The notes under the pieces: generated by a model
Databases searched by the model: none
Told to the model about the DNA's origin: nothing
The model's input: only the letters and a program-made list of their open reading frames with translations
DNA from: a virus
Length of the DNA stretch: 64,000 bases
Direction: 5' to 3' (one strand)
IMG/VR virus record: IMGVR_UViG_3300045988_176028
Made by a program: the position numbers and the translations under genes
Shown here: positions 17,601-26,595 of the stretch, piece after piece
Position numbering within the stretch: position 1 is the first letter of the stretch
How the letters are laid out: the number at the start of each line of letters is the position of its first letter

Positions 17601-19764
17601 CAAGGACAAGGTCAAGAACGAGTCCTTCCGTTCCATCGAAGCGCAGACCGATATCGCCACCGAACGTTATGTGGGCACCGTGGTCAAAGACCATGCCGAC
17701 CTGACCAACGTGAAGTGGAAGCAGTCCGGCGACATCCGCGACGATTTGGCCCAAGGATTGGACGCACGCTGGTTCCTGTACAAGCAGGGCGACGGCGATG
17801 TGAAGACCGATAAGAAGATTTTCACCGGCGACTACGTACATCTGGCCAGCGGACAGACCGAAGCCTACGGCCCCGAACACAAGATGGACGAGGTGGGCGA
17901 CTACTACTGGGTCATCGAAATCAGCGACCCGAGCACGAATCACAAGGTTGTCAAGCTGGGAACCCAGCGCGACCCGCGTGAATCGTTCCGCATCGTAAAG
18001 GCTTCCTCCGAAGCTCAGGTGGCACAGCAGGTCAACAAGCCCACCAAGGACACCGTGACCATCACCGGACATCCGGCAGAAGGCACTCTGGTCTCTTGGA
18101 ACCTGTACAAGACCAATACTGCCGACGACGACGATTATCTGATTGACAAGACTGAGCAGCAGCAGGGCGAGAGCGAAGGCTCCGACGATACTGACGCCGA
18201 TGCCGAACCTCAATCCGATAACGGCGAAGCCTCCGACAGCATGCTCGTCGCAAGCTATCAGACCCCGGCTGATGGTGCTCACCTCATCACCGCCGAGGAA
18301 GCCGCCGAAGCGTTGAAGAACGGCAAGGTGACAGTGGAAAGCCCCGAGTATACTCCGACCGAGGTTGGCGAATACTACTGGGTGTTCAGTCTGACCAGTC
18401 CGACGAAGAACCTCGCCGGTGACGGACAGCCGAACAAGCCGCAGAACGATAAGGACACCAGCCATCTGGAGTCCGAGGACTTCTTCACCGACCGCGCCCA
18501 TGTGGCCGATGAGACCGTCCAGATTATCGACGCGACCACCAAGACCAAGCCGCTGGGACACGTCGGGGAGAAGTTCCATGACACCGTGCTCCTGCAAGGA
18601 CGCGTGCCGGAAGGCTCTCAGGCGGACGCCACCCTCTACCGTCAGGTGGACGGCGACGATTCCAGCAAGGATGAGGAGGTTCTGACCACGAAGCGCACCA
18701 CGCTCTCCGAAGGTCAGGCGTTCGCGGACTTGGAGGATGTGACCGTTGACAAGGTTGGCGTGTACTACTGGCGTGAGCACGTGTACGTGCCGACCAAGCA
18801 CACCACCACCGCAGACCACGACAAGAAGGTGGAAGTCGAGAAGACCCCGACCATCACCGGAAAGCCTCGCGTGAGCAACGAGACCGTCAGCGTGGTCAAC
18901 GTGACCACCACCACCCACCGTCTGGAAGAATCCGGCATCAAACTTCAGGACAAGGCGAAGATTGAAGGCAACGTCGTTGACGGCTCCTACATCATCTTCA
19001 CCCTGTGGAAGCAGTCCGATGGCGACGACTCCAGCAAGGACGAGAAGGTGTTCACCAGCGACAAGGTGATGCTCAAGGCCGGTCAGAAGGAAGCCGACTC
19101 CCCGACCTACGAGGTCAAGGAGACCGGAACCTACTACTGGCGTGAAAGCATCTACAATCCGGTCGAGGACACCGACATTCCGCCGTGCGTCCCGCCGACC
19201 GGAAACACCGACGAAGACCATCCGTGCGACACTCCGGTTCATACCGAGAAGCCGCGCACGCCGGGTGAAACCACCGACGTGGTGAAGGTCGCGACCAAGG
19301 CCCAGAGTAACGGCACCGCCACCAAGCCGGTCAAGGATACCGCCCTCATCGAAGGCAAGATTCCGAACGACGACTACGAGCTGGTGTTCGAACTGTGGAA
19401 GCAGAACGGCAACGATGTGAAGGACGACCAGAAGGTCGCCACCACCGACGCCGTGAACGTCCCGCAGAACGCGACCACGGTCGATTCGCCGGAAGTCACC
19501 CCGTCCGACGCTGGAACCTACTACTGGCGTGAGAAGCTGGTGGAGAAGTCCACCAAGCGGCTCGTCCACTACGGTGAGGCCCGTGTTCCGGGCGAGACCG
19601 TAATCGTGGGCGAACTCGCCAAGACCGGTATCGCAAGCGGCTTCATCATTCCGCTCATCGGAATGCTTGCAGTGCTTGGACTGGGATTGGCGGTCGTTTC
19701 CGAAGGAAAGCGTCGCATCGCTTCCCTCTCGAACGGCGCTCATCTGTCCGGCTCCACGAAGTGA
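11662..19764 (+). CDS. giant LAxTG (LAKTG) cell-wall-anchored adhesin, 2700 aa
   Basis: Single 8.1-kb ORF with a GGAG RBS. Signal peptide (AAVALVAATATLASGVITTGSALA) and an N-terminal globular region. Five tandem ~119-aa repeats, then about 7 divergent 130-150-aa modules each carrying a (D/G)YYW motif. C-terminal LAKTG (19615-19629), TM helix and KRR tail. Confidence 0.9.
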   Translation: MGNPLSKTSRKVKDSILKRVGKAAVALVAATATLASGVITTGSALAATTDGPGYWFNATRSGSWWIGTHGSSLGPQRYENGNPVYCVEAGEPVTNTGTWNKATDVNHKVGAWLVEKHKGDSSDFTQASVAYAIHEHLDQGSSHFRQLVAAGLEGADINAVASNAANLWNDAYNTLPANLNAAYAYTSGKRTGTVDPGVKNSSGQYIAGIQYTATLNGPAKFDQTGTNTISGTTTGQAMHIPWTATGNGKVTGHVSINVPTAAVLNSPGQDMMRPSDPENQTADVQFSVSRDFQPTVSTRVSKKQLTRGSPVEDRVTSGVASSDDEWADNVPVKFKGYYFVGDSKHILQVIKKNNGENPTDYLKRLRETDGIRQVAAATTRFIKSGQTNTVKAKAATGGIDYDSVNGLDDYQVSDEDAGLFGTWVWVEVKSDQSQQDYIKGDYIDEFGKTQETSVSVLPPNHDSTVLEQESGMNKDILDEINISRLPSDYGKFTGDTNYGFNADAKAKIRVWWAGSGTGNKDEDEKYVPTTEEEPTQDANHKLVGEWEVPAMNGKYKVGGGKIVLYPSDGSDAKTVATDVNIKVTDKAHCGYYVFIYDFPGSDRAEGFKSAYNNPWERSFVTQDAQPVTLTTNVNKTTVTQGEKFYDTATISGLVPRGSYVTFTAYDAVSGEPDVSTNKLLDNTRVNVTNDQADHSDTTQFEVKSPEISTNKIGKVYWVAKLYNAKGKALAGHAIGLENETIEVVGPSLTTKTSAQQTYVGRPFHDTAVINNKIDAGAYLTFTAYDAVSGKPDTNAAKLLDNKRVDIPADKIASSGAGKSFTVDSPDVTATKAGIVYWKATLYNKGGMELATHELGATGESVLIKNPSITTKVSKEQVSINEEFTDTATINGEIESGDYVTFDAYAPVDGAPNAQGAKLLDSERVNIPAKDVTASQNGQAINVTSPKTHATEGGNVYWKATLHRANGTVLATHDLGVGGETVQVKYPTITTHVSSTSVGVGEDFYDTADIKGVVHAGDFVVFRAYDAVGEKPDTNASLLLKDQKVNITAAQAKDSAQDKTVTVKSKTVNTMNGGNVYWKATLYDKQGRQLATHDLGLPEETVTVRPPTITTQVTKGKVKPSEEFADKATISGKVLKGSYVTFTAYDAVSGDPDANAPKLLDNVRVNIKDSDAEASASKKFTVTSPTTHTDNSGSVYWVATLWSPQGKQLASHDLGLPSETVQVNPGGIVTSNAQKMGATGEQLYDEITVYDETSEAESADGQVHEGEGNSNPTGVIGRIPQGSTVTVEMYRQAEEDDGDQGLFKIAEKTVTIDTNKFTAIKAGQEGNRPGKLTFKVTDPSFKTTKAGMIYWKATLKTPQGGVLDQHIYGEKGSDHKTGYKSYERTPVQKFSTTVSKKWLSDANGNYEDKTTQIYDVLHQTSYEQFDGESIDGDTYTTGKTAQTPNGAKVQFEIWAKDGANAGKMVKQYNAEDLPKVRELAKSEDPDKNHPYVGTDGLDNYQNVKSSTFPIPSDWSANKYYYRVKITVPSTTPGAGTDPADNNRDVVWYGDDDESEEFDVIHMDTKSTEPLWLDSMNVSDEITLKGNIPAGSQYEAELWRTSKDGNVRKDAATKQDDSDHNGIASEKVATTGRVNIPSKAIGAHLNGVTFRSKSVKNPGVGSYIWRVKIYTPEMPHKDGNGVGTGGDTSMNSAFGVITKEWMTAAKATTDADDSQAGDYWQNATAKQKGNGDGYADRWLLFDGKNIASEKFEVVKLTTNVTGTPNIHTSEGEHYVDVTNGNDVNDKLTITGYMLKDYKVAFKLYKQAENQTADKDTVVKTLDPVALTEAQKTLDSASVHLTDPADYYWQWVFTKPDGTAFQPDNINPAVSDKRIKDESFHAVRVTTSTYKWASKNGTVQDVARLEGHLPENATLTFEMHDYATGKKVASTKSATLKELGFDKSSIDQQLTSPSLKVPDAIDYYWVEVLNLPKDDQNTPLHTGKDKVKNESFRSIEAQTDIATERYVGTVVKDHADLTNVKWKQSGDIRDDLAQGLDARWFLYKQGDGDVKTDKKIFTGDYVHLASGQTEAYGPEHKMDEVGDYYWVIEISDPSTNHKVVKLGTQRDPRESFRIVKASSEAQVAQQVNKPTKDTVTITGHPAEGTLVSWNLYKTNTADDDDYLIDKTEQQQGESEGSDDTDADAEPQSDNGEASDSMLVASYQTPADGAHLITAEEAAEALKNGKVTVESPEYTPTEVGEYYWVFSLTSPTKNLAGDGQPNKPQNDKDTSHLESEDFFTDRAHVADETVQIIDATTKTKPLGHVGEKFHDTVLLQGRVPEGSQADATLYRQVDGDDSSKDEEVLTTKRTTLSEGQAFADLEDVTVDKVGVYYWREHVYVPTKHTTTADHDKKVEVEKTPTITGKPRVSNETVSVVNVTTTTHRLEESGIKLQDKAKIEGNVVDGSYIIFTLWKQSDGDDSSKDEKVFTSDKVMLKAGQKEADSPTYEVKETGTYYWRESIYNPVEDTDIPPCVPPTGNTDEDHPCDTPVHTEKPRTPGETTDVVKVATKAQSNGTATKPVKDTALIEGKIPNDDYELVFELWKQNGNDVKDDQKVATTDAVNVPQNATTVDSPEVTPSDAGTYYWREKLVEKSTKRLVHYGEARVPGETVIVGELAKTGIASGFIIPLIGMLAVLGLGLAVVSEGKRRIASLSNGAHLSGSTK
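13531..15335 (+). repeat. 5 x ~357-bp in-frame coding tandem repeat
   Basis: Protein units start P(S/T)(I/L)TT.V and end (A/S)(T/G)H(D/E/A)(L/I)G...E(T/S)(V/I). The internal TFTAYDAVSG.PD and VYW(K/V)ATL blocks are conserved. Confidence 0.85.
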
Positions 19765-19816
19765 CGGACTGAACCGGTAGGGGAGGGCCGATAGGGTTCC
19801 TTCCCTACACCGCCTA

Positions 19817-19858
19817 GTTTGGGGAGGTGGGAGAGCATGACTCCCCGCCTCCCCAAAC
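19817..19858 (+). terminator. intrinsic terminator
   Basis: GTTTGGGGAGGTGGGAG ... CTCCCCGCCTCCCCAAAC stem followed by TTTTCTTT, 53 nt after the stop. Confidence 0.7.
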
Positions 19859-19909
19859 TTTTCTTTGAAGGTCTTTAACATAGAAAGAAAAAATACGGAA
19901 AGAGGATAC

Positions 19910-22900
19910 ATGCGTAAACCTATCGCCCTGCTTGCGGCAGGTTCGATGATGCTCATGCCGCTATTGGGGGCAACGAGTGTCGTGCTGACACCCGTATCGG
20001 AGGCTTATGCCGAAACCGCCGATAGCACCGCAAGCGACTATCCGGAAGGTGTCACAGCCTATCTGGACGGTACACGGCTAGCGAGCTTCGACCCCTCCGG
20101 AAACGGAGTATATGACGCGACGGGACAAACTGTGGAACTGTCCGGTGTGCCCGACGATTGGACGGTGCAATGGAGAAGCATGGTCAATGGAATCACCAAC
20201 AAGGATTCCATCATGTACATCCTGTCCAACGGTTCCACCACCTATCGTTACTGGTTCGATGGGGCTGACGGCGCGGTTCATACCGTCGAAGAGCTTCACG
20301 GCATGACAATCACTTTGAACGGTCAGGCTGTGGACGGCGACATCACCAAGGGATTCACCATCCACAACGTGACCGCCAGCGACATGAAGGGATATGAGAA
20401 CACCCCATACGGTTGGGTGCTCGACGGTGATTCCGAAGACGACCACTACACGTACACCGCCCATCCAGAGGATTCGGACACGCCAAGCGTCCAATACACG
20501 TTCATGTATGACGACACCCGACCCCACGACAGCATCAATTCGTTGAGGAACCTGAAAGCGTATCTGACCGTTGACGGCAGCGCCGTGAAAGGATTCGACT
20601 ACACGCTCGCCAACACCGACACCATCGCCATTCCAATGAACACCGACGTGCGTCTGGAAGGCGTACCGGACGGCTGGAAAGTTGACTACAACAATCCTTC
20701 CACCGGGAAACTGAACCGCGTATACACGCTGACCGGCCCCTGTGGGGACACGTTCACCTACATCTTCCATCCGACTTCGGATTACAAAGGATACTATTAC
20801 ATCGACCAGCTCCAATACGTCCGGGCATTCGCTGACGGGGAACTGGTTGACGGATTCGACTACAAGGGAGGCGCATGGAGTTTCCCTGAAACCACCAAGA
20901 ACGTCGAAATCGCAAACGTACCAGACGACTGGAACACTCAACGTACCGTTAATGGCAACATCATCACCTACGTGGTATCCAGTCCGAACAATTCCGTCTC
21001 TGTCACCTACGTGTTCAACATCGCCAAACATCAGGCAAGTCTGGACGAACTGGCGAATGTGAAAGCCATCGTAGGCGGCAACTATGTTTCCGGATTCAAC
21101 CCGAAACAGTCCGGTATCTACGAATACGAAGACGGTCAAGGAATCGCCATCGTCAACGTGCCGTCCGGATGGACTCAGACCACAACCGACGGTGACGGAT
21201 ATAAGGTGTATACGTTGACCAGTGGAGACCTTTCGGTGTCCTACCGTTTCAACAAGCATGTGAAAACCTATTCGGTGGACGAGCTTGCCAAAGTGTCAGC
21301 TTCTACCGACGACGGCGTGGTTCAGGATTTTAAGCCGATGGAGTCCGGCACCTACACCATTGGAGAGCACGCTACCGTGTGGATTACCGGCGTGCCCGAC
21401 GGTTGGGATACCAAATCGTCCGACAATGATATGACCTACACGGTGACTAGTCCCGACGGGAAAATCAAAGTCGTCTACACGTTCAAACATGCGAAGCACC
21501 AGTATTCCGCTTCCGAATTGAAGAACGTCACCGCAAAACTCCCCAACGGAGACTACCTCAACGGCTTCGACCCGGTCTCCGGTGGTGAATTCACCGTACC
21601 GATGGGAACCAAGAACGTGACCATCGGTCATATTCCGAACGGGTGGAACCTCACCAAGAACAATGGACTGTCCTACACGCTAACCAGCAATGATGGGGAA
21701 GTGTCCGTCTCCTATAAGTTCCATGCGAAGAACGGCCATACGGTAGTCTTCGACACTGATGGAGGAACCACTGTCGAATCCCAAACCGTCGAGGATGGGG
21801 GAACTATCACACCACCCGACGACTATCCGTCCAAGACCGGCTACCGTTTTAAAGGCTGGTATAAGGATGGTGTCCCATACGATTTCACACAACCCGTCTA
21901 TGATGATGCGGTAATCACAGCCAAGTGGACGGTAAACACTTACGAAGTGTATTTCGACGCCGGAGCCAGTGACGACTGGTATCCTATGCAGACCATCGCA
22001 TATGGCGATAAGGTCGTCAAGCCGGTTGACCCGACTTTGGACGGTTACGATTTCGCCGGATGGCTGTTGGATGGCAAAGTGTACTCGTTCGACACTCCTG
22101 TCACCGCCGACATGACCTTGACCGCGTCTTGGAAGACCGCGCAGGTGAAGACGCATACGGTAACTTTCACCGGTGCGGGAGACGATTTCATCCAAACCGT
22201 GGCGGATGGTTCCTCGGCCACTGTTCCAACGGTTCCTTCCAAGAAAGGCTACACGTTCGACGGATGGTATTCCGGAGACTCCCTGTACGATTTCACCACG
22301 CCCGTTACGGATGATTTGACTGTGGAAGCCCATTGGACGAAGAACACGTACACGGTCAGCTTCGACTCCAATGGCGGAAGCGACGTGGACTCCCAGCAGG
22401 TGGAATACAAGGATACGGTGTCCCAGCCGGACAATCCGACATTGGACGGTTATACATTCCAAGGTTGGACTCTTGACGGCGACCCGTATGACTTCAACAC
22501 TCCAGTCACCTCCAGCATCACGTTGAAGGCACTATGGTCTAAGAACACGCCAGTAGCCAAAAAACATACGGTCACATTCGACAGTAGCGAGGGAAGCAAG
22601 GTCGATAGCCAAACCGTCAAGGAAGGCGACCCCGTGTCCAAGCCTGACAATCCAACCCGTGAAGGATACACGTTCAACGGTTGGCTGTTGGGCGGAGACC
22701 CGTATGATTTCACCACTCCCGTCATGCAGGATTTGACGTTGACGGCCTCTTGGACGAAGAACAAGAGCACGTACACCGTGAAGTTCGATTTGAATGGGGG
22801 AGATGGCAATATCGCAGACCAGAAGGTCAAGGAAGGCTCCACCATCGACCGTCCGGCCAATCCGACCCGTGAAGGATACACGTTCATGGGATGGCAGTAT

Positions 22901-25555
22901 GAGGATTCCGACTGGAACTTCCTGAACACCGTCGCATCCAACATGACATTGACGGCGCAATGGAAGCGCAACGAGGTCAAGAAGTATACGGTCGCTTTCG
23001 ACACTGCGGACGGCACCAGCATCGACCCGCAGACCATCAGGGATGGTGGCAAGGTTTCCAAGCCGGATGACCCGACCCGTGAGGGCTACGAGTTCAAGGG
23101 ATGGACTCTGAACGGCGTTGACTACGATTTCACCGCTCCAGTGAAAGCCGACCTTGTCCTGACAGCCGTATGGACTCCCGTCAAGCCGAAGACCTACACC
23201 ATCACGTTCGACACCGATGGAGGAACCGTAGTCCCCTCCCAGACGGTGAAGGACAAGGGAACGGCGACCGAACCTACCGCCCCAACCAAGACCGGTTACG
23301 AGTTCAAGGGTTGGCTGTTGGATGGGAAAACGTATGATTTCACCACGCCCGTCACCAAGGATGTGACATTGAAAGCCAAGTGGGAGAAGACGAAAGTCGA
23401 ATCCTACACGGTGGCGTTCAATTCAGCGGAAGGAAGTGAGGTGGCGTCCCAAACGGTCGAACAAGGCAAGACCGCCGTCAAACCTGACGACCCGACCCGT
23501 GAAGGCTACACATTCCTCGGCTGGTATGCGGGAGACGCCGCATACGATTGGGATACTCCGGTCACAGGCAACCTCATTCTGACCGCACACTGGCAGAAGG
23601 ACGAGCAACCCCAGCCGAAGACCTACACGGTCACGTTCGACTATCAGAACGGCAGTCCCTCCGATACTCGAACAGTGTCCGAGGGGAACACCGTCTCCCC
23701 GCCGGAAAATCCGGTGCGAGACGGTTACGACTTCCAAGGATGGGTTGCTATCGACGGTTCCGAATTCGATTTCGAACAGCCGATTACCTCTGACACTCTG
23801 GTGAGCGCCAAGTGGAAGAAGCATGAAGACCCGAAGCCGGTCATGCACACCGTCACGTTCAACTCGAACGGAGGCACGAGCATCGACCCGCAGACGGTTC
23901 AGGACGGGTTGACCGTCCGCCGTCCGGCAGACCCGGTGAAGAACGATTATGTGTTCGACGGATGGTATCTTGACAACGACCAGTATGATTTCAACAAGCC
24001 AGTCACCGGTGACATCACGCTGACCGCAATCTACCATCGCAAACCGATACCACAGCCGAACACGTACACCGTGCGTTTCGACACCGGTGAGGGAAGCAAG
24101 GTTGACCCGCAGACCATCATTGAAGGCAAGACCGTCATCCGTCCGGCAGACCCGAGCATGGACGGTTACGACTTCCAAGGATGGCTGTTGGACGGCAAGG
24201 ATTATGATTGGAACACTCCAATCACCGGCGACATGACTCTGACCGCATCGTGGAAGAAGCATGAGGAGCCGAAGCCCGTCACCCATACGGTCAGCTTCTA
24301 CACCGATGGCGGGAACACGGTCGCACAGCAGACCGTGAACGACGGTGAGACCGTCACGGTACCGGATACGCCAACCAAGAACGGATACACGTTCTCAGGG
24401 TGGACGCTGAACGGCGAACCATACGATTTCAACCTTCCCGTCACAGCCGACATCACCTTGAAGGCCACATGGGTTGAAAACCAGAAGCCCCAGCCGAAAC
24501 GCCACACGGTCACATTCGACACGACCGGAGGGTCTGAAATCGGCCAGCAGACCGTCGATGAGGGGGAGAAAGCCATCCAACCCGCAAACCCAACCCGTGA
24601 AGGATACGACTTCCAAGGCTGGTTGCTGAACGGACAAGCCTATGATTGGAACACTCCAATCACCGGCGACATCACCCTCACCGCATCGTGGACTGAGAAA
24701 GCCCCGACCCTATTCACGGTCGCGTTCAATACGGGCGGCGCTTCCAACATCCCATCTCAAAAAGTCAAGGAAGGTGATAAGGCCGCACGTCCGACCGACC
24801 CGAAGCGTACCGGATACACTTTCACCGGATGGCAGTTGAACGGCAAGGACTACGATTGGAACACTCCAATCACCACGGATATCATTCTGACCGCCACATG
24901 GCAGAAGAACGAAACTCCGAAACCGGTCTTCTACACCGTCAAATTCGACACCGGCAACGGTTCGAAGATTGACCTGCAAACCATTCAACAGGGAGGAAAG
25001 GTCAAGAAGCCCGCAGACCCGACCCTGAACAGTTACAAGTTCATCGGATGGCAGTTGGATGGCAAGGACTACGATTTCAACACTGCGGTATCCAAGGATA
25101 TGACTTTGACCGCAGTGTGGGAAGCCAATACCCTGCCCCCGACCGTCAAGAAGCATACCGTGACAGTGACCTTGTATGACGGCAAGACCGAACGTTATGA
25201 GGTCAAGGATGGTGAGAAGCTGACACTTCCATCCAATCCAACCCGTGACGGATACGTGTTCGACGGTTTCATTGACAAGGACGGCAACGTCTACGACATG
25301 AGCAAGCCCGTGGTCAAAGACCTGACGTTGACCTGCGTGTGGAAGAAGGCCAACGGCGTCTCCTCCGACAAGGACAAGGAGATTGCCGACGCATCCACCA
25401 ATGGGACGGTTGGTAATGGCGAACAGAATTCTGGCTCCCAGAATCCTCTAGCCAGCACTGGCGCTCCAATCTACGGAATGGTCATCGCGGCCATCATCGC
25501 CGGACTCGGCGGCATTGGAATACTGCTCGCCCGGCTATGTAGCCGAAACGAGTAA
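19910..25555 (+). CDS. LAxTG (LASTG) cell-wall-anchored protein with 17 Flg_new repeats
   Basis: ATG 19910 after a GAAAGAGGA RBS gives the signal peptide MRKPIALLAAGSMMLMPLLGATSVVLTPVSEAYA. Seven ~90-aa repeats carry VP(D/S/N)GW. Seventeen ~75-aa repeats follow (x(Y/H)TVTFDxxGG...GYxFxGWxxxGxxYDFxTPVTxDxTLTAxW). C-terminal LASTG (25448-25462), TM helix and charged tail. Confidence 0.9.
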   Translation: MRKPIALLAAGSMMLMPLLGATSVVLTPVSEAYAETADSTASDYPEGVTAYLDGTRLASFDPSGNGVYDATGQTVELSGVPDDWTVQWRSMVNGITNKDSIMYILSNGSTTYRYWFDGADGAVHTVEELHGMTITLNGQAVDGDITKGFTIHNVTASDMKGYENTPYGWVLDGDSEDDHYTYTAHPEDSDTPSVQYTFMYDDTRPHDSINSLRNLKAYLTVDGSAVKGFDYTLANTDTIAIPMNTDVRLEGVPDGWKVDYNNPSTGKLNRVYTLTGPCGDTFTYIFHPTSDYKGYYYIDQLQYVRAFADGELVDGFDYKGGAWSFPETTKNVEIANVPDDWNTQRTVNGNIITYVVSSPNNSVSVTYVFNIAKHQASLDELANVKAIVGGNYVSGFNPKQSGIYEYEDGQGIAIVNVPSGWTQTTTDGDGYKVYTLTSGDLSVSYRFNKHVKTYSVDELAKVSASTDDGVVQDFKPMESGTYTIGEHATVWITGVPDGWDTKSSDNDMTYTVTSPDGKIKVVYTFKHAKHQYSASELKNVTAKLPNGDYLNGFDPVSGGEFTVPMGTKNVTIGHIPNGWNLTKNNGLSYTLTSNDGEVSVSYKFHAKNGHTVVFDTDGGTTVESQTVEDGGTITPPDDYPSKTGYRFKGWYKDGVPYDFTQPVYDDAVITAKWTVNTYEVYFDAGASDDWYPMQTIAYGDKVVKPVDPTLDGYDFAGWLLDGKVYSFDTPVTADMTLTASWKTAQVKTHTVTFTGAGDDFIQTVADGSSATVPTVPSKKGYTFDGWYSGDSLYDFTTPVTDDLTVEAHWTKNTYTVSFDSNGGSDVDSQQVEYKDTVSQPDNPTLDGYTFQGWTLDGDPYDFNTPVTSSITLKALWSKNTPVAKKHTVTFDSSEGSKVDSQTVKEGDPVSKPDNPTREGYTFNGWLLGGDPYDFTTPVMQDLTLTASWTKNKSTYTVKFDLNGGDGNIADQKVKEGSTIDRPANPTREGYTFMGWQYEDSDWNFLNTVASNMTLTAQWKRNEVKKYTVAFDTADGTSIDPQTIRDGGKVSKPDDPTREGYEFKGWTLNGVDYDFTAPVKADLVLTAVWTPVKPKTYTITFDTDGGTVVPSQTVKDKGTATEPTAPTKTGYEFKGWLLDGKTYDFTTPVTKDVTLKAKWEKTKVESYTVAFNSAEGSEVASQTVEQGKTAVKPDDPTREGYTFLGWYAGDAAYDWDTPVTGNLILTAHWQKDEQPQPKTYTVTFDYQNGSPSDTRTVSEGNTVSPPENPVRDGYDFQGWVAIDGSEFDFEQPITSDTLVSAKWKKHEDPKPVMHTVTFNSNGGTSIDPQTVQDGLTVRRPADPVKNDYVFDGWYLDNDQYDFNKPVTGDITLTAIYHRKPIPQPNTYTVRFDTGEGSKVDPQTIIEGKTVIRPADPSMDGYDFQGWLLDGKDYDWNTPITGDMTLTASWKKHEEPKPVTHTVSFYTDGGNTVAQQTVNDGETVTVPDTPTKNGYTFSGWTLNGEPYDFNLPVTADITLKATWVENQKPQPKRHTVTFDTTGGSEIGQQTVDEGEKAIQPANPTREGYDFQGWLLNGQAYDWNTPITGDITLTASWTEKAPTLFTVAFNTGGASNIPSQKVKEGDKAARPTDPKRTGYTFTGWQLNGKDYDWNTPITTDIILTATWQKNETPKPVFYTVKFDTGNGSKIDLQTIQQGGKVKKPADPTLNSYKFIGWQLDGKDYDFNTAVSKDMTLTAVWEANTLPPTVKKHTVTVTLYDGKTERYEVKDGEKLTLPSNPTRDGYVFDGFIDKDGNVYDMSKPVVKDLTLTCVWKKANGVSSDKDKEIADASTNGTVGNGEQNSGSQNPLASTGAPIYGMVIAAIIAGLGGIGILLARLCSRNE
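21733..25345 (+). repeat. 17 x ~225-bp in-frame coding tandem repeat (Flg_new type)
   Basis: Counted from the translated protein: 17 units, each ending LTA.W or a variant. Confidence 0.85.
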
Positions 25556-25574
25556 CGCCTATATATAGCGAGGA

Positions 25575-25601
25575 AGCCTCCAGTCTTAAAAACTGGGGGC
25601 T
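25575..25601 (+). terminator. intrinsic terminator (weak)
   Basis: AGCCTCCAGT-N7-ACTGGGGGCT, then TTTCTC. Confidence 0.5.
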
Positions 25602-25904
25602 TTCTCGGTTAAGGGTGTGTATGATTGTTTTGTTATTTTTTCTTTAGAAAGTTTTACTGTGTCTATCAATTCCCCGAAATGCCATGAACAGAATCAAGAA
25701 GACAACCGACATGTGACATACTCGGAGAGTATGTCTAATAGCGTCAACGTCGAAGCACGACGTGAGGCTTTGGAAGGGAAGTACATCTTCTCTTCTTCGT
25801 CTGTTGACGAACTGATGAGGTTTCTTGATAAAGATGATTAATTACGATTCCATTGGGGGTAGGGGCCTTCTCTTTCGTGTTTTCTGTCAAATCACGCCAA
25901 TATC

Positions 25905-25926
25905 TGCTATACTGGGATAGTTCACA
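25905..25926 (+). promoter_or_regulatory. repeated promoter motif, copy P3
   Basis: TGcTATACTgggataGTTCACA, 22 nt upstream of the ssb ATG. Confidence 0.6.
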
Positions 25927-25948
25927 AATTCAATGGAAGGTTTAACAC

Positions 25949-26518
25949 ATGCCAACCCCAAGCACAACCCTCGAAGGCCGACTCACCGACGACCCGCAAC
26001 GCAACCAGCGCAACCCCAATCTGGTTGAATTCTCCATTGCGGAAGGCACTCGCTATCAGGATAAGAAGACCGGCGAGTGGAAAGACGGGCAGACGCTTTT
26101 CGCACGATGCAAAGTGTGGGATACCACGCTCGGCAACAACATCATGAACACACTCCGTAAAGGCATGGACGTGGTGGCGTTGGCCGACGTGAAGCAGAAC
26201 AGTTGGACTGACCAGCAGACCGGACAGAAGCGTTCGATGGTGGAATTCACAGTCACCAACATCGGTGTCGGACTCCGTCACGCGACCGCGCAGGTCATGC
26301 CGAATCCGAAACGCAACGGCGGATACGACGGCGGCAACCGTACCAACACCCAGCAGAACAATGGTCAGATGTTCCAAAATCCGAACAATCCGCCAGTGTT
26401 CCAAAATCCGAACAATTATGGTGCCGACAATTTCCAGCCAGCCGCATCCGACGACCCGTGGGGTGCTCCGATGGGCAATCCGGCACCGGTGTCGCAGAAC
26501 GACGAGCCGGAATTCTAG
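25949..26518 (+). CDS. ssb: single-stranded DNA-binding protein
   Basis: OB-fold N-terminus (LEGRLTDDPQ...FARCKVWDT...MVEFTVTNIGVGL), a G/N/Q/P-rich linker and an acidic C-terminal tip NDEPEF. Confidence 0.85.
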   Translation: MPTPSTTLEGRLTDDPQRNQRNPNLVEFSIAEGTRYQDKKTGEWKDGQTLFARCKVWDTTLGNNIMNTLRKGMDVVALADVKQNSWTDQQTGQKRSMVEFTVTNIGVGLRHATAQVMPNPKRNGGYDGGNRTNTQQNNGQMFQNPNNPPVFQNPNNYGADNFQPAASDDPWGAPMGNPAPVSQNDEPEF

Positions 26519-26527
26519 TCTCTAAAA

Positions 26528-26570
26528 GCGCGGGGTCATGCGTTTTAAGCATAGACCCCGCGTTCTTTTT
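26528..26570 (+). terminator. intrinsic terminator
   Basis: GCGCGGGGTCATGC ... GCATAGACCCCGCG stem followed by TTCTTTTT. Confidence 0.75.
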
Positions 26571-26595
26571 GGTTTAATCAGAAGGGGATAAAATA

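Noticed and set aside
12949-19956. 2335-aa ORF on the minus strand, antisense to the giant adhesin gene
   Set aside because: Its composition (very R/G/V/H/L-rich) and lack of motifs, signal or RBS fit a stop-free antisense frame of a long GC-biased repetitive gene. The plus-strand ORF has a signal peptide, repeats and a sorting signal.
13531-25345. Regular DNA repeats (357-bp and 225-bp periods) considered as a possible CRISPR or satellite array
   Set aside because: The repeats are in frame inside two long ORFs, are diverged at the DNA level, and have no short identical repeats alternating with unique spacers. They are coding domain repeats.
25617-25841. 74-aa ORF (or nested 36-aa ORF from ATG 25729) in the AT-rich spacer before ssb, with a 9-bp-stem palindrome GACATACTC-gga-GAGTATGTC at ~25711-25731
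   Set aside because: No convincing RBS at proper spacing, atypical composition, and no homolog recognised. It may be non-coding regulatory DNA and is left unannotated.
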